IMG/VR virus record: IMGVR_UViG_3300011116_000623
Span: 1-57,194 of that record
Source: a virus
Taxonomy: Duplodnaviria; Caudoviricetes
DNA: 57,194 nucleotides
Reading direction: 5' to 3' (one strand)
Below the pieces are notes generated by a model. It made no database searches, was not told where the DNA came from, and saw nothing but the letters and a program-made list of their open reading frames with translations. A program made the translations under genes and the position numbers. Below, in pieces: positions 9,446 to 15,720 of the stretch. The stretch's first letter is position 1. Every line of letters begins with the position of its first letter.

Positions 9446-9574
9446 TTAATTAGAAGCTTTTTTATGTTTTATTTTTCTAGTATATTTTTTTTTATTGCGA
9501 ATAGGTTGCGCCGCATTTGATCGGCGCAATTCCTGAATACGTTTTACTTTATTTAGAAGAGAAGTTTGGAACAT
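9446..9574 (-). CDS. small very basic peptide (…RRSNAAQPIRNKKKYTRKIKHK)
   Basis: 3' part of track ORF 9446..9631. Start position is uncertain. Confidence 0.45.
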   Translation of the reverse strand: MFQTSLLNKVKRIQELRRSNAAQPIRNKKKYTRKIKHKKASN

Positions 9575-9740
9575 AATAACCGCTTGCATCATAGAATTTT
9601 TTAGCATCAAACCTCGGATTATCTTTAGCAAACATCATTGCAAAATCTACAACTGTTTTAGAAAATAAAGATGGATGAATTTTATCGCTAAGATTTTTCA
9701 TAATCTCAGCGGTAGCAATATAATCTTTGCGACTTTTCAT
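9549..9740 (-). CDS. small phage protein (SRKDY...DNPRFD..KF motif)
   Basis: 63-aa ORF coupled to the upstream ORF. Confidence 0.65.
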   Translation of the reverse strand: MKSRKDYIATAEIMKNLSDKIHPSLFSKTVVDFAMMFAKDNPRFDAKKFYDASGYYVPNFSSK

Positions 9741-9937
9741 TTAGCAGACACCAATCCAATCTGATTAAAGTTTTTAGTATACATTTTGCCATTAGGCATT
9801 TCTAAATTGTAGGTTGCGTATTCATTAGCAAACCCGTGATCTTTACATCTAGCAAAAGCCTCAAACGCCAATAAAGCGTCAGAGAATTGGTGTGTGAATT
9901 CCAATTTTCCGTCATAGTAAGTAAATAATTTATACAT
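9737..9937 (-). CDS. hypothetical protein
   Basis: Track ORF 9737..9958. ATG 9937 behind GTAGGT is the more likely start. Confidence 0.55.
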   Translation of the reverse strand: MYKLFTYYDGKLEFTHQFSDALLAFEAFARCKDHGFANEYATYNLEMPNGKMYTKNFNQIGLVSAK

Positions 9938-10236
9938 TAAGCACCTACGCAATCGCAAGTTTTTACATCAAATTCAGGTTTTAATCCCCAATAGATATAT
10001 CCACGCCCACCACAATCAGCACAATCTAAAATTACGCTGTCCCGCATTTTTTGTTTATTCATTTTTTACCTTTCGTTTTGTTAATGGAATTGTAGCATAG
10101 GGGTCTGACAATTAGTCAAACGCCCCTTCATTAAATAATCCTAACTCTAATTCTAATAAAGTTTCTGCGGGAATATCTGAGAGATCTAGCCAGCCAGCAC
10201 CCTCAGAGTCCATATGAAAAACCTCAATATATCCCA

Positions 10237-10431
10237 CTAATCACCAACTTTCACGCCAATAGTTCGCACCTTGCGGTCTGAACCAATTTCCACTAAATAA
10301 CTTTCGATATTCATTCCGTAGAATGTAGCACGAGGATCTTTTTCGGCAGAAACAATTTCGCCTTCCAAAGTATTTGAGCGATAGTGCTTACCCACTAGCA
10401 GGTTTTCTATTGTGTATATATTTGCAGACAT
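10237..10431 (-). CDS. hypothetical protein
   Basis: 64-aa ORF with SD GAAGG and promoter 10463-10484. Confidence 0.6.
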   Translation of the reverse strand: MSANIYTIENLLVGKHYRSNTLEGEIVSAEKDPRATFYGMNIESYLVEIGSDRKVRTIGVKVGD

Positions 10432-10553
10432 TGCAACCTTCTTTCTTTTTGGTTATGCCGTTATTATACTAGACCCCACCGACAATTTGCATATTACTTG
10501 TGAGTAATTCCAGATATTGAGACGCTCAATCTATGTGTGCTTAATCACATTAG

Positions 10554-10627
10554 TTATCCACGACACGCCCGAAGTTTTCCACAGCTTTCCAGGGTTTATC
10601 CACATCTGTGCGTAAACCTGTGGATAA
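10554..10627. promoter_or_regulatory. cluster of four DnaA-box-like 9-mers
   Basis: TTATCCACG 10554, TTTTCCACA 10575, TTATCCACA 10596 and TGTGGATAA 10619. Confidence 0.7.
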
Positions 10628-10687
10628 CCGCCCTCACCAGCTTGTGGGCGCCGCCGCCTTTGTCAAGGCGACACGCCGTCTATTCTT

Positions 10688-10703
10688 TGTGAGGTTGCTC
10701 ACA
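10688..10703. promoter_or_regulatory. CRP/GlxR-type site TGTGA-N6-TCACA (perfect; one of seven related sites)
   Basis: TGTGAGGTTGCTCACA. Second perfect copy at 11276-11291. Imperfect copies at 2672, 8231, 9384, 10534 and 11636. Confidence 0.6.
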
Positions 10704-11267
10704 TACGCATTTGGTATATGCGCCTGCGTTTAACCTGCCACATTTAGGGCAGGTATAAAATCCGCTAGGGTTAGCCATTGTTTATTTTCTCCATTGTCTT
10801 ATTGACCATGCTAAAGAAATACCGCCAAATAATAACCATGTAGGTATCTCTATCGCAATACCACTAGGATATAAGTTGCTAATATATAGCGCAAAATATT
10901 CTAAGTCTATAGTTAATTCCATTTACTCTGCCCCTTCCCAATCTAGTGTTAATTCATTTTCGATTAACTCATCAAGGCTAACGATATCCTCGTCAAACTC
11001 TGCTTCGGCATTTACTTTGTCTAACGCTTCTAATTCGTCTAAGTGGCGATAAGCGTCTGCCACATCTAGTTGAATAGTGTCCCATTTAGTCATCATTAGT
11101 TGTTGTCCTCGCTTTCATCAATTCCGAACATGTCGCCTAATAATTGGTTAGCCAATTTTAGAGCGTCTATTGCGCTTTGTGTGTTATCCATTTTCTTACC
11201 TTCTTTCGTTTTTGTTATGGTGAAACCTTATCACACCTAACCGACAATCGGCAAGGCGACACACCCT

Positions 11268-11456
11268 TTAGAGGGTGTGAGATACCTCACATGCGGTATC
11301 GCATCTAGGCACATCTGCCATGATTAAGTTTAGCAGACCTACACGCTCAGACTTAGTAAGTCTAAGGCGGGCAACAGTATCAGGCTTGATACCTCCATGA
11401 TTATATTCGAACAATAGTTCGTTATAGATTAAGTCTAGGTTAGACATGTTAGACAT
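11268..11456 (-). CDS. hypothetical protein, first ORF of the leftward block
   Basis: 62-aa ORF with SD GAAGGGA. Confidence 0.55.
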   Translation of the reverse strand: MSNMSNLDLIYNELLFEYNHGGIKPDTVARLRLTKSERVGLLNLIMADVPRCDTACEVSHTL

Positions 11457-11491
11457 TTATTTATCCCTTCTAAGATAATTTTGTTAAGAGC

Positions 11492-11536
11492 GATTATTTG
11501 CTAGGCTCACCTTATCGGATTATTTGCTAGGCTCAC
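11492..11536. repeat. 19-bp perfect direct repeat inside an inverted repeat
   Basis: GATTATTTGCTAGGCTCAC at 11492-11510 and 11518-11536, closed by AGAGCG/CGCTCT. Confidence 0.9.
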
Positions 11537-11791
11537 GCTCTAATTCTTTATTTTGTTATACCTTAATCATATAAGGGGGGACTGACATTTTGCCACTCAC
11601 AAATCGGACATGTCGGACATTTTGAAAATTAATTGTGTGAGTTAAGACACATTAGCCCCATATATGGTCGCTCTATTAGGACAAATCGGACATTTTTAAA
11701 TGCTGCATCATACAAAATAAAATCCTATTAACATTTTCATAGATCTAAAATACTAGTCGACTAAAATATTAAATGATATACTAGATTAAAT

Positions 11792-11864
11792 TGGGGATTA
11801 GCTCAGCAGGCAGAGCGGGAAGCTGTTAACTTCTAGGTCGTAAGTTCGAATCTTACATCTCCAG
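11792..11864 (+). tRNA. tRNA-Asn (GTT)
   Basis: Acceptor TGGGGAT/ATCTCCA with G discriminator. D arm GCTC/GAGC. Anticodon arm GGAAG-CTGTTAA-CTTCT. T loop GTTCGAATC. CCA not encoded. Confidence 0.93.
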
Positions 11865-11910
11865 CAATCATCTCTTGACCTAACAATTTTTCATATGCTA
11901 CAATTCTAGT

Positions 11911-12050
11911 CTTGGACAGTTTTCGGAGATGATATCAAGGGTTTAAACTCCAAGTTCGACAATGACGGAAGTGTTGTCTTTGGCTTATATATCCAATATA
12001 AGTTCAACCGATGAACGGCAGCCTTATAAGCTGGACTGTTTCGGGGTCTC
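11911..12050 (+). ncRNA. candidate structured ncRNA
   Basis: Preceded by TTGACC-N18-TACAAT (11875-11904). No ORF in the track. Several stems, including a GGAA tetraloop hairpin. Confidence 0.45.
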
Positions 12051-12226
12051 TTAAATTAAATTTTAAGGGTATAGGGTTTGTATTCTCTAAATCTGGAAGT
12101 ATCCACTAATATAATAAATAATATATATACTCAAAAATAAAAATTCTATTAACATTTTGTTAAATCTAATATTCTAGTCAACTAAGATATTTATCATCAT
12201 AATAACTTTAATTATATACTTGGTCT

Positions 12227-12511
12227 ATGAAGTCAGAGAAGTCTGAAGTCCGAAGGACCAAGGCATATCTGTCTCGATATATTCAAGATTTAAAAAGCAG
12301 GACTCCATGTATGGATTGTAAGGAATCATATCCATACTACGTTATGGATTTCGATCATGTGCGGGGGCGGAAACATAAAAACGTAATGGAACTAATTCCT
12401 ACCTTGTCCAAAAAGAAAATCGATGAAGAGATAGCTAAATGTGAAATCGTTTGCTCAAATTGTCATCGAGTTCGGACACATAGTAGAAAGAGTCGGAAGA
12501 ATGAAAAGTAG
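12227..12511 (+). CDS. HNH endonuclease (Zn-binding), probably leaderless
   Basis: CMDC...DFDH...CSNCHRVRT. TATACT lies 6 nt before the ATG. Confidence 0.85.
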   Translation: MKSEKSEVRRTKAYLSRYIQDLKSRTPCMDCKESYPYYVMDFDHVRGRKHKNVMELIPTLSKKKIDEEIAKCEIVCSNCHRVRTHSRKSRKNEK

Positions 12512-12574
12512 GTTATTTCTCTCTTGCCTAATCATATGCATAGCTTATGTATTCTTTGCATATATTCTAGTTGA

Positions 12575-12895
12575 CTAAGATTTATTTACTATAAATGAAT
12601 ATGGGTTTAACTCAGGTAGGCGTAGCTTTTTAGCTAACTTGTTATATCTATAAACTAGATCTTCAATATTTGTATTAGCTTTATTTAAATCATATTCGTG
12701 GGCGGATCTAGAATGTGTTAACTCCGTAGATCCTTTAATCATAATATCAGATGTATACTTAATACAATATTGGGCGGAGGCTAGGGAACTTTTCCTTGCA
12801 TATTGCAATTCATCATTAATCATAACCAATCCTAATCCCATTATTATGATTATTGCAACTAATACTATATTAATCTTATTATGCTTATCTTTCAT
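12575..12895 (-). CDS. membrane-anchored hypothetical protein
   Basis: N-terminal hydrophobic segment IVLVAIIIIMGLGLVMI. Confidence 0.6.
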   Translation of the reverse strand: MKDKHNKINIVLVAIIIIMGLGLVMINDELQYARKSSLASAQYCIKYTSDIMIKGSTELTHSRSAHEYDLNKANTNIEDLVYRYNKLAKKLRLPELNPYSFIVNKS

Positions 12896-13116
12896 ATTAT
12901 ATACAGTATATTATTTATATTGGATAAAGTCAATCCTATTTTCACCCCACCCGTCTTTTTTAAAATACCCCAAATTGGCCTTCTAAGGCCTATATGAGAG
13001 ATTTGTAGGGTTATATGGTGGGTAGATGTGAAATATGGTTAAAGGGGGTCTCTATCTCGCCGAGCACTTTTTTCGCACTTTATTTTTCGAAGCACTATAA
13101 TAACTATTAAGTTCGG

Positions 13117-13401
13117 CTAATTTCTTTCTATAACCATAACAGCAATTGTTACCGCAGTATTAGGATCTTCAGATATACCGTATAGTCTATCTTTAAAATT
13201 CATATTTTCTAATATAATTGGGGGGCCATCATGTTCAACCCGAATGCCATAATTTGTAGTAGATACATTTATATCTCCAACTAAGACATGTTTATTAGAG
13301 CTGGTATTTGTTAATATTATAGTGTAGTGAGAGTCTACCTCATCAGAAAATGTTAATTCTATTGGTGTGTTTTGCAAGCTTAAATTTTTAGTTCTAAACA
13401 T
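13117..13401 (-). CDS. hypothetical beta-rich protein, leaderless
   Basis: 94-aa ORF. TATAAT lies 6 nt before the ATG. Confidence 0.65.
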   Translation of the reverse strand: MFRTKNLSLQNTPIELTFSDEVDSHYTIILTNTSSNKHVLVGDINVSTTNYGIRVEHDGPPIILENMNFKDRLYGISEDPNTAVTIAVMVIERN

Positions 13402-13424
13402 AGTCCTATTATACCCTTAATAAA

Positions 13425-13518
13425 CACAAAACCCAATCAGAGGCGGATCCGATTGGGCAGTGTTTACATCTTGCGACGTAATGTACGGGGAACATGTGGG
13501 ATGCTACGACCCGTACTT
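13425..13518 (-). ncRNA. candidate small RNA with own promoter and terminator
   Basis: TTGACT...TATAAT upstream (13523-13550). Three hairpins, the last followed by a U-tract. Confidence 0.55.
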
Positions 13519-13534
13519 AATTATTATAAAATAA

Positions 13535-13780
13535 TTATTTTTCTAAGTCAAGGACATCCTGCGAAAATTCTGTATCATTTTCTTCAGGTTGTGGGGTAAA
13601 GGATGGGGCAGGTCCTAGGAGGAATCCATCATTATGATATTCAACCATCTTAAAGACCTCATCAGCGCCTACCGATTTCTTTGCTATTAGGGTAAGCATG
13701 TCATATATTCTATGAAGCATAATGTAGGTAACCATTGGTAGGTTATCTTCTAAACTTTGAGATTTCTGTTCTTCAGCCAT
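13535..13780 (-). CDS. hypothetical phage protein
   Basis: 81-aa ORF coupled to the upstream ORF. Confidence 0.7.
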   Translation of the reverse strand: MAEEQKSQSLEDNLPMVTYIMLHRIYDMLTLIAKKSVGADEVFKMVEYHNDGFLLGPAPSFTPQPEENDTEFSQDVLDLEK

Positions 13781-13991
13781 TTTCTGCTACCTTTATTTTC
13801 TCTAGTATTTCATCATAGAACTTATTTCCTATGAAATTCTTATAATTACAAGACAAACAATACAAATACTCTTTATCGTCTAAAGTAAGGTTAGGCATCA
13901 GAAGGCCCTGATCCATCGGACATTCAAGTCGTGGAACAAGGCCTTCTTCTGACAAAGCTATATATTTAGATACGGTCTGTATCTTTCTCAA
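13773..13991 (-). CDS. small putative Zn-ribbon protein
   Basis: CPMD...CLSC pattern with GGAG SD. Confidence 0.65.
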   Translation of the reverse strand: MRKIQTVSKYIALSEEGLVPRLECPMDQGLLMPNLTLDDKEYLYCLSCNYKNFIGNKFYDEILEKIKVAENG

Positions 13992-14000
13992 TATTGCTCC

Positions 14001-14567
14001 TTATGATTTAGGAAACTCTGGGATGAGCTCCTTGGCTTTACCTATTGAGTTAGGCCATGATGACCAATCTTTTCCGCCCTTGGTCATATAATACGTTATC
14101 TCTGCGTTCGTTACTGGATCAAATAATTCCTTATTTGAAACTAAATTGAATTTTTCTTTTCTTGTTATGCCAAGTTCCCCTAGCATATTAATTTGAAAAA
14201 TTCCGTAAGATTTATCACCAGTTGATTTATTGTCATTTAAAGCCATCGGTCTCCCATTGGATTCTACACGAGCAATTGACCAAGCTGTTTTTAAAGCAGT
14301 TCCTTCAAATCCTACAGCCCAAAGTAAATCTTTTAAATCCTCTGGTGTAAGCATTTCTGAACTACTATAAGTATCATTGCTGAACTTATTTATTATTTCT
14401 CTTTTTAGTTGTTTTTCGGTTTTCTGTATCTTTTCAGGTACAGTTGTTAAAGCTTGAGTAATAGTTGGCCCAGGCTGGACGGAAAATAAGAATAATGTTA
14501 TCATTCCTATATAAGCCCAGTTATGAGCAACATCGCTCAAACGCAGTTTGATTCTCTCCATTGGCAT
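14001..14567 (-). CDS. lytic transglycosylase (SLT / lysozyme-like) with N-terminal hydrophobic segment
   Basis: Catalytic IARVESNG motif, SYGIFQIN and DPVTNA...W. Confidence 0.8.
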   Translation of the reverse strand: MPMERIKLRLSDVAHNWAYIGMITLFLFSVQPGPTITQALTTVPEKIQKTEKQLKREIINKFSNDTYSSSEMLTPEDLKDLLWAVGFEGTALKTAWSIARVESNGRPMALNDNKSTGDKSYGIFQINMLGELGITRKEKFNLVSNKELFDPVTNAEITYYMTKGGKDWSSWPNSIGKAKELIPEFPKS

Positions 14568-14646
14568 TTCCTCCTTTAGAGATAACGAACTATAATAGTA
14601 GCATTAATTAGCAAAGCGTGTCAACCTGGTTGACCAGAAAGATTTA

Positions 14647-15633
14647 ATGAATATTTCATTTTCTACACCAGTTGTAAACATACGAGGCGAAACTGGATAT
14701 GGATATGCGGGTAGAAGCATAGTTAATTCATTAAACTCTCTAGGACATTTTGTTCCATTTCAAGATCCTAAATCTCCAGTACAATTAAATTTTTCACAAC
14801 CAGACTTATTTAAGTTGCATAGAGGACAATACCAAATTGGTTATACTCCATGGGAATCAACAATTGTTCCTAAGCGATGGCACGACATGATAAATCATTG
14901 TGATGAATTCTGGACAACATCTGATTGGTGTGCAAATGTATTTGAAGATAATGGATTTAAGAATGTTAAAGTTTTTCCTCATGGAATTGACCCTATGTGG
15001 ACTAGTAGAAAAAGACAAAGAAAAGAAACTTTAAAGTTTTTGCATATTGGAGAACCAGCGCCTAGAAAAGGCGGACAAATGGTGGTAGATGCATTTTCAT
15101 ATTTATTTGGAAATAAGCCAGAATACTCTTTAACCATTAAATGTTTTAATCAAAATAGCACTAGAATATATAATAACTATATAGATAAAAATATAATTGG
15201 TCTACCAAATGAGCTATATAACAATATATATATAAACACTAAAGTTTTAAAAGATGAAGAATTAGTAAAGTTATATCATGACCATGATGTTTTAGTCTAT
15301 CCGACCTATGGAGAAGGCTTTGGATTTATTCCTCTACAAGCCTTGGCGACTGGAATGCCAACAATAACAACATATGATTGGGCACAATATCAAAATTATA
15401 TTGGTCCACTAAAATTAAAGTCGGAAATTGTAGACTCACCTTGGGATTATATGCATGAAGGTAAAGTATTTGAGCCAAACTATAAACATCTACTTGAACT
15501 TATGAGAGATATAGATTTAAATTTTAAGGCTTATTCTGCATATTACTATACTCAGTCAACTAAGATACATCAAGAATATAATTGGTTACAGTTGACCAAT
15601 AATGCATTTGATCATATTTTTAAAAAGTTTTAA
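14647..15633 (+). CDS. GT-B fold glycosyltransferase (GT4-like)
   Basis: RKG motif and DVLVYPTYGEGFGFIPLQALATGMPTI. Confidence 0.85.
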   Translation: MNISFSTPVVNIRGETGYGYAGRSIVNSLNSLGHFVPFQDPKSPVQLNFSQPDLFKLHRGQYQIGYTPWESTIVPKRWHDMINHCDEFWTTSDWCANVFEDNGFKNVKVFPHGIDPMWTSRKRQRKETLKFLHIGEPAPRKGGQMVVDAFSYLFGNKPEYSLTIKCFNQNSTRIYNNYIDKNIIGLPNELYNNIYINTKVLKDEELVKLYHDHDVLVYPTYGEGFGFIPLQALATGMPTITTYDWAQYQNYIGPLKLKSEIVDSPWDYMHEGKVFEPNYKHLLELMRDIDLNFKAYSAYYYTQSTKIHQEYNWLQLTNNAFDHIFKKF

Positions 15634-15720
15634 TAACCCCTTCCCTCTATAAAAAAAGTTTGATACACTTAGATCTCACCCAAATTTAAATTAAACCGCA
15701 AGGCGGAGAAAAAGGTCTAT

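Larger units (their letters stand above)
2632..11587 (-). promoter_or_regulatory. 11 dispersed TGTC(A/G)N-N10-TANNNT promoters (PafBC / RecA-NDp type)
   Basis: Copies at 2632-2653, 5139-5160, 6305-6326, 7381-7402, 8181-8202, 9116-9137, 9320-9341, 10089-10110, 10463-10484, 11225-11246 and 11566-11587. All have an exact 10-nt spacer and precede leftward ORFs. Confidence 0.85.
11714..12191. repeat. about 55-bp imperfect direct repeat with palindromic TAGTCRACTA core
   Basis: Copies at 11714-11770 and 12134-12191. Partial third copy at 12562-12581. Confidence 0.75.

Noticed and set aside
11792-11864. tRNA as a prophage attachment site
   Set aside because: No integrase, no duplicated tRNA 3' end and no host-like genes on either side.
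11911-12050. tmRNA or a second tRNA
   Set aside because: No tRNA-like acceptor or T-arm ends and no tag reading frame were recognised. Kept only as an unclassified ncRNA candidate.
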